DNA of 61,690 nt, counting the filler, from Basidiobolus ranarum (Eukaryota), in NCBI GenBank assembly GCA_040143965.1. It is 7 parts of 7 records of this genome, joined end to end, with 100 filler letters (N's around TTAATTAATTAA, not from the genome) between each part and the next. Parts side by side here need not be neighbours in the genome. Positions count along the whole stretch, not along the records: positions 35,338 to 44,058 come from JASJQH010000932.1; positions 44,159 to 52,876 come from JASJQH010000933.1; 5 more parts are not named here. One strand, written 5' to 3'. The notes beneath the pieces were generated by a model, which was not told the origin of the DNA, made no database searches, and saw only the letters and a program-made list of their open reading frames with translations. This document shows positions 37,702-49,688 of this stretch, one piece after another (positions within the stretch are counted from its first letter, which is position 1; every line of letters starts with the position of its first letter). The position numbers were made by a program, and so were the translations under genes.

Positions 37702-38112
37702 TTATTCCTCAAGGGAAAAATGCTCCCTAAATGTGACGTAACGGCGTTTGTTCGGTCGGTGATAAATAGCTTCAAACTCTTCGTGCTCTTCGATTACAGC
37801 ATTGGTAACTTCCTCTAGTTCATTACATATATCATCAAAGAGATCCACTTCGGTAATACGAGGCTCAGATAAAAAGGACTCTAACCATTCTTCATCAGAA
37901 TCGTCACTGTCAGAAACATCAGTATACCACTCTTCCCACGAAATATCATAATTGGAGTTCACAGGCTCAATATATCTGTGCTCAATGGCAATCTCTTCAA
38001 TCAAAATCGATCTGTCGAGCATTTCTTCAACTGTCCGTTTTGCGGGAAGAGAAGGCAATCCGGATTTACCTTCAGAAGAGCTAGAGGCTTGGTTTGAGGT
38101 ATGGCCTGACAT
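37702..38112 (-). CDS. Small acidic protein of unknown function (136 aa)
   Basis: Intact ORF with strong D/E bias and a basic NLS-like HRPNKRRY near the C-terminus. Confidence 0.55.
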   Translation of the reverse strand: MSGHTSNQASSSSEGKSGLPSLPAKRTVEEMLDRSILIEEIAIEHRYIEPVNSNYDISWEEWYTDVSDSDDSDEEWLESFLSEPRITEVDLFDDICNELEEVTNAVIEEHEEFEAIYHRPNKRRYVTFREHFSLEE

Positions 38113-40916
38113 ATTATACGCAGAGATTAGGTAGTAAGTGTAGACAAAGTGGAAGAGAGCAACGAACTACAGTTAATGAACAAAGAGTAGGTCTCAGAAG
38201 AATTCCAAATAGCTATACTCAGTGTAACTGTAATTTACGAACGAATAAATTCGATTTATATTCACAGGACCAAAGAAAATGAATTCGTAAACATATCCAA
38301 TCGCATTACTAGATTCGGTAATGTAGCCTGATTTCAGTAAAAGCATCGTCACTACAATGACAAATTGAGTAGATATCTTCATTAGAAACATGCGTGATTG
38401 GCTAAATAGGTAAGATAACATTTTATTGAGTCATGAATATGCTTTTAGTAGCAATATAATCTGATCCAGAATTCTAAAGTCATGTAAATGCACAAATGAT
38501 ATAACGAGAATAGCCAATGCGTATGATTCACGTAAATGTACACCGGGATCTTAGCCGAAATCTAATGATCATGGCCGCAGTCCAATTCAATTGCGATCGG
38601 ATGTTCCGTCACTTGTGTTTCATAACATTTGGTGTGGATTAGCAACACATTCGGTGTAGCCACAAGCATTCCGAAACGGCTTCCTCTATCTATCTAGTTG
38701 TGGTATAGAGGGTTTCGAAATGGTCTACACCTGTACAAACATCATCATCTCGTAATGAGATCTAAGCTACTTAAATAGGCTAAGAATCTAGCCTGATGAA
38801 GTCAGATGTTCTGTTCCGTCGGTGTTATTAGAGATAGGGACAACGTCAGAATATATGAACTCTTCTCTATTATGAAATCCTGAAACGCCTATACACGATC
38901 TCAGGCTTATTCCCTAACATATACATTAACATTCATTTTCTTTGAGAGTACAACCCCAGTTTTCGTTACAATAAATAACTGCACCGTCTACTTTCCGACT
39001 CTCCAAAACACTTCTAACCCTCACACATATTGACAGAAGTATCGTGGTAGACTAAGAGAGGATGGCTTCAGAGATTGGTCACAAGGAGTAAATGCCAGAC
39101 AAATCTAAGGTACTCGCTTGGGAAAGTGGGTTTCTTTTCCTATTACAGCATTACATGTCAAGCCGGAAATTCTATTCTGAGTTTTGTTTGGATTTCGGAT
39201 ACTTGGTTTTCTATTCCTGTAGATGATGCGTGAGAAGATACATTATTTTTGATGTTGGATTCTACTCGCTGGTACTACTAGTGCGGGGGGTTCGCACAAT
39301 TCTCTATTTGGGAGGAGGGGCTAATATGTGCTAAAGTGTGATATTGAAACGCGAATTATTGGATATGTGTGGATGCATAAAGGCTGAGATATCATGTATT
39401 AAGAGGATAAGTTTGCTTTGTTTGGGGGAGTTGCAATGGGTTTAGGGTTGTATGATCCTCATGCTCTCTCGGGTTATTGAGTCACATGGATAGAAAGGCA
39501 TATTGATTGCCAAGACACTTCAATGATGAGAATCCCCACACTAGATTTACTAAACCTGACCCAACAAGTGGATAACAGATCGCATATCTTTGTAATTCCC
39601 GTGTGGAAGTGGAGATTGCTCCAACACTGAGGCTACTCTATTGTCTGTTCTGGTCATAATTATTTGATTGCGGCATACATTTTAGGTCAAACCAGAGCTC
39701 TGTCATTATATCACTTTAGTAAATAGATTTTCAGTTTCGAGTCCGACTCAGTGCCAAAACCAGGACTTATTTGAAAGGCCTTGGTTCTAAGTTAATATGA
39801 TGATGTGTTCGTTAATTCGGACAGGTACAGCATATTCAGGTCTGCTCACGTGCAGCACATATCATTGATGGCATTCAAGATCTGCTTGGCATCCAAATGC
39901 ACCAGGTGGAGTCCTGCTATTCACCTTCTCTCTCCTGGGATCAACTGGGGTGATCTTTGTAATATCTCAATTAGGGCCAAATTGTAGTGGTCTTGGCAAG
40001 ACCTCACCTGCGGATTACGGGTGTGTGCCTTGGTCAGGCCAAGCAGCTGAATGTTGGGCCATTGTAGCACAAGTGTTCAGCAAACGCCGTATATGTCTAC
40101 AGGTTGATTCTAAGGTGTGGTAACAATCAGTCTACTTGGGGATGTCACACGATAAAGGGCGTACGAGAAATCTCACCAAACTGCAAATCTAATATGGTCC
40201 ACTAGCTTCACAATCAATATACCCTGTTTCTGCTTTATTAATCACTTTGCTGGGATCCATAACCAATTGGCTCTCTTTAGCCTTAATCCAAATCTTCGCC
40301 CTATCGAGTCAGTGTTGCCAATTCGAGGAATGTTCTGCGGATTGTTGAAATGTTCAGATCAGCATTCATGCTCTTGGTATATTGAAATAAACAAGGCACA
40401 TAAAAGTTCTTGGTATATTGAAACCCCCAGACAAACAAACAAACTCCGCGGCCACTATTGGCCAGACCGCTGATTGTATATTGTGTTGAGCCTTAGATTG
40501 TGGATTCAACTATTTGTGTGGGCCATTGACAGGAGGAACCAGTAATACAGTTTCGGATCTCTTGTACAACATGTCTGATTAATCCAGCACAAATGCTCCT
40601 TTTCTCTAGCCAAGTTTTTGATAAAAAGCCCCTTTTCCTATGAATCCTCTTATATCATAGTCCGCTAAATCTCTAACCCTCCACTCTTTAAACACACATC
40701 AACGCGCTGAATCACATTCATCCCCCTTTGCTCTCAACACCCCCTTAAATTTATTTCATTTCATATATAGGCCTGTTGCTTTCCTCTTTTTTATTTTTCA
40801 AGACAACCGGCCCAAAGACTGGCCGGTCTGAATTTTTCTGCATTTCTGAAACTTGACGATTGTTTGTGTTTTAAACTATCCAACCCATCCTACTTTACTC
40901 ACTTCCCTTGAACGAT

Positions 40917-41867
40917 ATGAAGTCCGAAAAATCCGCCAAAAGAATCCTGAATTCTGAGGTAGCTCGACTGGTTTATGCTGGAGTTTTCTTAGTCGTAGTT
41001 GCCTATTTTATGACCATATTTCAACAACTATCGGACAAGCGATGGCTGGGAAGTGATACAAAAAACCCTCTTCGAGACTTGGGATTTGAGGCTTTTCCTT
41101 TCCTCTCTACATACTCCGTTGCTGATGCTTTAGTACTGTCTTTACTCGGTATCACCTTGGTTGGTCTAACCATCGCCTCTCGTAGAATTCCTAAAATCAT
41201 TATACTCTGGCGCCGACTATTTTGGTTAACTGGCTTGCTTTATTTCTATCGTTCTTTCACCATTATCACCACTACTCTACCCCCAACCAAGGAATGCGTG
41301 CCAATTGTTGCTAATTCTTTCCGCGAGATGATGGTAATAGGTACTTACATGATAGTGGGAGTAGATAAAGCTTGTACTGACAATATCTACTCTGGACACA
41401 CGATGATCCTCACCTCGTGTGTTATCATGTGGAACGTATATACCCGTATCAAATGGTTCAAAATATATGCCACATTGCACGCGTTAGCGGGTCTCTACGC
41501 CATCATCGCCTCTCGCCTTCATTTTACTGTGGACGTCTTGTTATCTCTTTTCATCACGTACGGCATGTACAGTATATATTTTGCCTTGGTCAGAGCAGCC
41601 ATACTTGAAAGATATCAAGGGGCAATTGGAAATGTTGAAAGTGAACGTGACAACCGATACCAGAGTATTGCATACACCCCACATATTCTGAATCGACATC
41701 TGGTTCGCGTTGTAAGCTGGATGGATGGTTTGGATCTGAGATGTGAGGCCAGAGCTAACGAAATGGTTCTACCAACCACAACAACTATCTCGCAAGTTAG
41801 AGTCAACCTAATCTTTGATATTCCCAACCGTTCTTTTTTCACTTGTCTTTTGATTCAATTTTCATAG
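40917..41867 (+). CDS. Sphingomyelin-synthase-family (PAP2_C) membrane protein; SMS/IPC/EPC-synthase-like
   Basis: PLRDLGF (D1), RSFTIITTTLP (D2), CTDNIYSGHT (D3), HFTVDV (D4) and about 6 TM helices. The 3' end may include a further exon after ~41795. Confidence 0.85.
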   Translation: MKSEKSAKRILNSEVARLVYAGVFLVVVAYFMTIFQQLSDKRWLGSDTKNPLRDLGFEAFPFLSTYSVADALVLSLLGITLVGLTIASRRIPKIIILWRRLFWLTGLLYFYRSFTIITTTLPPTKECVPIVANSFREMMVIGTYMIVGVDKACTDNIYSGHTMILTSCVIMWNVYTRIKWFKIYATLHALAGLYAIIASRLHFTVDVLLSLFITYGMYSIYFALVRAAILERYQGAIGNVESERDNRYQSIAYTPHILNRHLVRVVSWMDGLDLRCEARANEMVLPTTTTISQVRVNLIFDIPNRSFFTCLLIQFS

Positions 41868-44058
41868 AACAGTGAACATCACTTAATAGTTCTCATACAC
41901 TACGAGTGGATCAGCATTACCCTGCTCCTACCTCAATATATATCTAATGGTTACCTGATTAACAAGGTTAATAAAAGCATCAATTTTGCATTCTAACCTG
42001 TGAATGCTGTAGGGGTTCACATTACTCAAAGAGACACTGAAAACAAGTAGACTAGCACGACATTCGCGCCAGTGTAATATCATGATATAGAAATTTCCAT
42101 AAATTATTCAAACCCTGCTATCGTGTGAGAGTCACAATATTTTTGCCAAGAAATCACAGAAAACCTGACTAGATGTTGTAGCTGACTGATATGGTAGAGA
42201 AAAAAAAGGATTATTTTTATCTTCAATAGTGAGTTATGAAACCATCGGTAAATAGCAGTGTTGACATTAAACAAAACCAGTAACCATTCAAGGTACCATC
42301 TGTAGGTAGAGATGAACCAGGATCATTTGACGATTATTCTTCAATGATTCGTTAGCGGTAACATCCAACTGAAATAGGCGTAGAGTTTGGTTCATTCTGT
42401 ATTTCGTTGGGATTCAAACGGGCGTGCTTTTGATACACCATTAGGTAATATACGAATGCTATTGAATAAATCTCATGTGTGCGAAAATGGCTAGGTATAC
42501 CCGATCACTTAACACGAGGATTATACAGCTATCGTAGGGTGTTGAGCTTCACCCGGCCCTTGCTATGATTATATGTTGGTATATGTATAATTAGTGGCTA
42601 CATATGTGACCAGTACTGGTAGTATGAGTAATGGACAGCACATATTCTGTGATATCACTATTCTCATGTCAATTATTAAAAAGCTACTTTAAACTAAAAA
42701 GAGTTTGATCACTTTTATGTCATCTCATCTAAGTAGATTGTCAATTACATATTTTGCTATCAATTAATAGTGAACACTTCCAAGGCTGTTAAGAGCAGGT
42801 CAGCATTATAATATCGCATCAAAGTTAGGGATATGTAAAAGAGCCTATTTAATTGAGTATTTGAGACTTTAGCTACCAACCCATCTGCTGCTCAATTGTT
42901 TGCTCTAAAATCCGTTAGTTACTGCAATCTTACGTCTTGATAGAATGATTAAGGTTCTCCTTAGCAATATCGAGATACCGAATCAAATTTCTGCTCAGTT
43001 CAGATTAATTGATCGATTAAAATAGTTTTACTTGCCTTGTGACTACGCTCTCATGTGCTAACTGTGGCTTGCAGTAGTGTATTGGTAGCTTTATTTAGCC
43101 GTGTAACAATGATTGTTCACCTATCACCTCCACATCAGACACGTTACAGAGTAAACCTAAATTTGAATTTCGTCATTCAACGTATGTCATAGGCGTACCG
43201 CGATGAAAAACTTGCGTGCCCGGCATTATTGTTGACTTTCATCATGATCGAGTTTTCACCTCGTCCCAGTTGTGATGATTACTCGGTTTTCAGATAAATC
43301 GTATCCCACAATGATTTTCAGAAAAATGGGCCTTTTCTAGCAGCTATTTGATAATGCATGCACATCTAGGTGAACACAACCGTCTAGATATGTAATATTT
43401 ACGTTTAGATTTATTAATACAAAGAGAGTGATAAGATCGTGGCGTAGCAACATATGGAATTGCTTACTAGTTCTGCTTGGCTCTCACGAATGTGAACTCT
43501 AGTTGAGGTAATATAAAGTTAGACTGAGAATCTTAATAATATGATATTGTGTTGCAAACATCTCATATGCGCCTGATGCAATAGAAAGATCAAACTGCTA
43601 CTCTGTTGAGACATATTTAACCGTTCAAGTGACGAAGTAGTGGGAACTCACCTGGAAGCTCAGTCACGCTTCTTGGAGGGATTAATTAATTAGTTACTGT
43701 ATGGATCTCTAATCCGCACAGTAGTTTTTTTGTGAACAAGGCACATGTTGTAATAGTATACTATACTGTCGCGACAGTAGGCTACTTCTCCACTGGGAAC
43801 TATTTATTTAAAACTCCCTTGCAACACCGTCTATAGATTGATATCAAGATATGGAAGATATTTCATACGGTTTCATATGTCTCATTAGTAGATAGGTGTC
43901 TGATGGCAAATGTGAGATCAAAATAGTGCAGGTAATCACTCCAAATAACATCATGTCCAGCAGAGAGTAGGTAACTTGAAGTGATAGTTTGACACCTAAA
44001 TTTATTAATGAGAGTGGATTGCTAATACAATGGAATGAATTCCGAATCCAAAAACGCC

Positions 44059-44158
44059 NNNNNNNNNNNNNNNNNNNNNNNNNNNNNNNNNNNNNNNNNN
44101 NNTTAATTAATTAANNNNNNNNNNNNNNNNNNNNNNNNNNNNNNNNNNNNNNNNNNNN
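44059..44158. other. Artificial contig spacer
   Basis: 44N + TTAATTAATTAA + 44N. Confidence 0.98.
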
Positions 44159-45007
44159 GTTTCATCTACGGCAGCTTATTTCTGGGTAAAGAAATGTGAG
44201 ACCATATCACTAACCACGTTTGGAATTGAACTGAGCTGGATAAAAATTGCCATGTCTGAAACCATTACTTCATCGTGAAGCTAACATCATACGAGCTTGC
44301 TCCAGATTCGTTCGCATGGTTTGTGTAGGCTAAATTCTAATTAATGAAAGGTCTATTTACAACCATAGTCAGAGCCTGTCTCATATGTACCCAATAGAAA
44401 CCTAACCCTTCTACTTTCCTTGTAAGCTACTAACGCTAATTAGATTTCAGCGAACATGAAGTACCTTCCTCTCCAGATTGGATTCCATGAAATCACCCAT
44501 TATACATTCCTTGCCTTGCCTGGAATAACATTTCCAACCAACCTAGTTGCAAACCTAGGTGAGAAGTGTTTAGGAATCTAGATAGAATTAGTCCTACCCT
44601 TTCATGCAGCGGTGATATGCCTTGTTCCAGGCTTAAAGATCTCTATATTTGACTTGATTGAAGGTGTTTGAAATCTGCCCGTGTTATCAACAAGCTTTAC
44701 CTAGGTAGGAACGTAATTCACTGTAGCAGCACTGACCAGTGGATCCACAACAGTTGGCTGTAACTCAATAATTATTGGCCAATGTGTGTGTATACAAATG
44801 ATATTCGTAACATGCTATATGCAACGCTATGTGAATATATGTACAATAGACAAAGCAGGCTACAACTAATCAACCTACACAGAATTCCATAATATGATGA
44901 ATCATTGTCGCCCCTTCAACCAATCAAATGAAGCTGTCCTCTAACAATGTATAAAATGGGCACCAATTTATTGGAAACGATTCATTCACTCCTTTAGCAA
45001 GTTCACA

Positions 45008-45434
45008 ATGTATATTCTCTCCATCCTATTACTTGCTACCGCAACGGCCCTTGTTCACGCTCAAGAAAGTTGCCCTTCGGTACCTGATTGCTCAAGAGAC
45101 TGCCCAAAAGATACTGAATGTAGATTTTCTGGGACACTGTCCAACAATTGCCCACAGTCAGTATGCCTAAAAACACTAACTTCAAAAGGTTGTACAATAA
45201 GGAAAGGATCATCATGAATTTGGCTAACTTTAGCTTATATATTTGAAAATAGTTTCTAAAAGTATTCGAAGGACTGGGGCGTGTGTACAATGCTTCGTTG
45301 GCCCAATTTGCCCGGTGTGCGATGATGATGAAATATGTGTCTACGACTACCGGGATTGCACGAAATGCCCCACAGGAAGATGCACCAAACATCACGGAAT
45401 AGGAGATAAGCACAAGCGTTATTCACTCTATTAA
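45008..45434 (+). CDS. Small secreted cysteine-rich protein (120 aa, 14 Cys) with Opy2-like Cys modules; exons 45008-45188 and 45253-45434
   Basis: Signal peptide MYILSILLLATATALVHA. GT-AG intron 45189-45252 with a GCTAAC branch point joins two ORFs in frame. CVQCFVGPICPVCDDDEICVYDYRDCTKCPTGRC. TATAAAA at 44950-44956. Confidence 0.8.
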
Positions 45435-47804
45435 GGCCACCAGATACGTATAATTAACCGAGACTCGAAATAAACACAGCCTTTGTGTAAGTATGTCTTG
45501 TATCAAGAAATAAAGTTACACTGCAGATGATCACGGTAAACAGAAATACCTTCAATAGAAACAATACCAGTTGAAAAAGATTGCTATGGATATACAGATT
45601 TCCAACTACACTCCAATTCATTAGACTTGCAGAGTGTAAGTTTCTTAATCGTAGACAATACAAGCACTCGTGAAATATTCATATAACTTGGTGATACTCC
45701 TGCATTAGCGGAGTTAGTAGTTAGATCGGCATTTTTGTTGTTGATCATTAGGTATATTTATGTAGGAGTATCTTTTTCCGGATCGAGTAGTCAAGCATCT
45801 AGCCAGAAATGTCTGAAATGCTCCATATAATATCTCCTTTCTGGTATTGAGATAGAAGTAGTTGGCCATCCAAATTTGCCAAATCACATCGCCTCTTTTT
45901 GTGGTTTTGGGTGGTATTAATGCGAGCCCAACAAGTGTTGGTTATGGATTTAGAAGAGCTGTATAGAAAGAAATTCTCTCCATTAATCTTTGGTTTAGGA
46001 CTAGCCTTGATATCAAGCAAATCGTCACCACCAACCAGTAAGATGGTAGATAATCTATATATTAAGGCAAGTCACCGGCAATATACAAAACCCTTCTCAA
46101 ATCACTCTAATTGACTGGAAAATCTCGTTCTTAATTTGGAACCTGGAAAGATAAGGGAGCATTTAACAGTCAATTGAACTATAGGTACTATGTGTATATA
46201 CTTGGTATTCTCACTACCCGTCTCCAATTAGGCCTCCGTGAAGAAGAGAGCCTACGTTAGTACGACGTCATTCGCGCGAGCCTAGGTACGATAATCTTCA
46301 AATGGGAATATCCACCCTGAAGTTAATAGAAAATTGCCGACATGGTTTCTTCTTGGCCATCACCCCCCTTCATGTAACAGTTCTAGAACGATTTGGATGG
46401 ATTGAAAATCTTGAATTCTACAACTCTTGCGCACCTTGCTTATTCCTGAAGCAGATTAAGGCCAACTGGAGGATGAATCACTGAAAGGCAATATCATCTG
46501 CGAATTATTTGAACTCGGAAGATATTTGAGGGATTGTTTTTCAAGATCACTTCGTGTAACTTCAATTACATAGTTCTTGCAGAACTCGTTTTTCCAAAAA
46601 GAAATCTCTAAATAATCCCTAAAGGTTGAAGGCTAATTGTCGGTCAAATTAGAGTAGCCATACTCTATATATAACAACTTCAAGGAGTTGATATATGATC
46701 CATATGATAATTTTGTATAGTATGCATGCGTACCAGAAAGTTGTTGAAGGGGGAAAAGTAAATGTGGAACGATCAATTGGATAATTGATCACTCTCTCCT
46801 AACTAGTTGTCACTTGAAAATTGAAATGAGTCAGGATGGAATGAGCACCTTAGTTGCAGTTGCACTTGTAGTTGGTTTCTTGATACACTAACTTGAAGAC
46901 TAAATCTCGTAAGCCAGTACTATGATTCTAAACACTCCTTGTTGAGGGAACGGCACGAGAACTAGGGTTGTAACTCGGGATTTTTCTGGATCCAATGTTT
47001 TAAAAGCGTCAGAAGGTTGAAATCTCTCGGATTGTTAATATGGAGCTAAGGATCTAGCCAGTCTCTCCTTTTACCGACATTTAAGGGCCAAGTATTGTCC
47101 AGTAATTTCGGTCCTGTCTCTAATCAGGTTGGTCTAGCTACTGTTCTCAGTTTATATCCAATTTTGTAGTGTCAAAGCAAAACCTTCAAGGAGCATATTA
47201 AATTGGCATATACTTTTTACTGCTTTAGTTAAGCTTACGAGGAGTACGAGTAACTTTTCTAGAAGGATAAAATTAGCCGATTAAGGAAACTTAAGTAACA
47301 GCTTCATCCTAGAGAAACCCTCCGCTTGGCAGGCTAAACCTATTCAGAATGTTGGTTTCGTTGGTAACTGTATTCTAATTACCCTCTGTCCATTACTTCA
47401 TTAGATACATACAAAAGCTATCTCACTCCAGAGTGAAATGCCTCCAATCCATCAATTATGGCCTCGTAAATACTGAAAACACAGAAGAATCAACAAATCT
47501 ATATTTAATTGAACATTCGCCAATCATATATAAATTGGAATTAGCCCACAAGAAAGAACGTTTAGATAGACCAATGGCAACAGTAAGCTCTCATGACTGC
47601 TAATTAGACAAGTTCAAAGTTCATTTCAATGAAACAATGTCTCTGAGCCCATTTGATTAATGAATAGGAGACATATACTTTCAGACTCCCTAAGGATGTT
47701 TCGTATACGTACTTCATTTAATGAATCCATGCATCCCCTTTCCTTGACTCGCTAGCTGGAGCTCTCGTATCTAAGAAAAAGATACTTTTACTTTCGCAAC
47801 TTCG

Positions 47805-48800
47805 ATGGAAGCCACCCCTTCATCTCCAAAAGAGACTCATAACTTGGACCAACTCAAAGAGCTGGTACTCAAACGCATATCCACTTTCGCTTATTTACAA
47901 CGGGTTCAAAATGGTCAGGCTCATTACTTCAATACAGTTCTATTGACGGGTGATGATCTTGCCCACTTTTTTGACAACACAAGGTTAAGACGAAGGTATA
48001 CTTGACTGGGTAAACTCTCGATATGCTGCCATTCAATACAAACTAAATCGCCCTTATTTTAAACTAACCAAGGTCGTATAACTTGTTTATACTTGGGACG
48101 AGTCTTGGACCGATTCTAGACATTACCAGTACGTCGGATTACATTAAAGCGCTGAATAGTATGACTGTTGAATACGAACACTACGTTAACGAAGGAGGAA
48201 AATCGCGAAAGGTGTGACTTTAGAGGGATCATTGTTGCCTTATCAATCAATATTTACTCACTCTCTTGTAGAGGAATTTCTTTCGTAAATCGAAACCAGG
48301 GGAAGGATTCTCAGCGAATCTTCAAGATGGAGAATACAGATACTTGGATATACCTACCACGGTAACTATGACGAATATTTTATGGAAGATCACTGATGTT
48401 CACATTGAAATGACCTCCTGAATATTGCTCATATGAATTGTAGCCATTTGAATTAGATTATCTTCAAGTGCTCAACACACTATGCGATATATTTGTGGTA
48501 GCTTACAACAAACTAATGGAGAGCATTCAAGAGATTGGCAGAGACTCGTTAAGTGAGATTGTCATGAAGATTGACACCAAGTTCAAGGTAATTCTCTCCT
48601 CAGTGAGCTTTCGCTCTGCCAGCTTGTTACTAACTCATGGCTTGGTCAAGAAAATCGCCGTTATGATGTGTAAAGACTTGGATGTGTTAGTGCACAATGC
48701 CATCAAAGATGAGCTGTTCATGATCGATCCGCTACGCCTGTCTAAAAATGGGCCAGATGCCGCAGAAGAATGGGATACGCTGAATGCGCTTCATATTTAA
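47805..48800 (+). CDS. Conserved fungal protein of unknown function (resembles the YLR407W family), multi-exon
   Basis: KRISTFAYLQRVQNGQAHYFNTV, LFILGTSLGPILD and PFELDYLQVLNTLCDIFVVAYNKL, with GT-AG introns between exons. Confidence 0.7.
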
Positions 48801-49083
48801 CAGCATAGAATTCAATGAAATAATTACCAGTGTAATCAGTAACATTCCAGAGTTGATAGTAAATACCACGATATCAAAGCGAATTCTCAAAGAGGACAAT
48901 TGAGGATTTATTGCAACATTTAAAAATGTCAAGTATAAAATGGTTCGAACTCTGAGGATCGAAGATGAGCTCGTGTTGTTGTAGTAAAGTATGCCAGTAT
49001 GCTGCGGGGAAAGAAATAAAAGAATTGGGAAACCAAATCTCCATGAAACAACCCCAAAAATGTCATTCCATATTCTCCGTTGT

Positions 49084-49688
49084 TTATAAGATTGATAAGT
49101 TTCCGAATTTCTCGTTGTAACCGGGAACGGTCCAGTTACCCTTCTTAACCATGTCCTCAACAATGGTGGGAATTTCAGGCTTGGCCTTGATAACATCATC
49201 AACAGTGAGATCTTCAATGGGTCTAGCGGTTTCAATGTTGGTAATAGTCTGCTTCAAATCAGCAACTTCAGCATCGAGTTGAGCAGCGGTGCTCTTGGCT
49301 TTTTCAACCTATGGGGTTGGAAGATAAGAGATTGTGTTAGTTACCAAATTCAATTATGAAAAGCCATAAAATAGAATCCAAAAGGAATACTTACAGCCTT
49401 GATCTCGAAAGCGTCGATAACCTTGAGTTGAGCAGCCAAGTTATACTTTACTGGAGTAAAAGTGGTGAAAGATTTCTCGGCTTGTTCAACAATTTTCTTG
49501 TTTTTGAGAACAGAACGATAATGAGCGAAATCAACATCAGTCTTTTGCTCCTTCAAGGCGTCAACGGTACGTTTAAGTTCGTCATAACGCTTACGGAAGG
49601 AAGTAAGGGAAGCTTGAGTATCCTTCTTGAGGCCTAAGCTAGCAAGCTTGCTCCAGTCAATGTGAGTAACAGCGGCACGAGCAGACAT
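49084..49688 (-). CDS. ATP7: Mitochondrial ATP synthase subunit d (2 exons)
   Basis: IDWSKLASLGL, VDFAHYRSVLKN, NIETARPIEDLTVDDV, KGNWTVPGYNEKFGNLSIL*. Confidence 0.95.

Noticed and set aside
48732-49235. 167-aa minus-strand ORF
   Set aside because: Alternate frame of ATP7 exon 2 running into the 3' UTR, with a non-ATG start.
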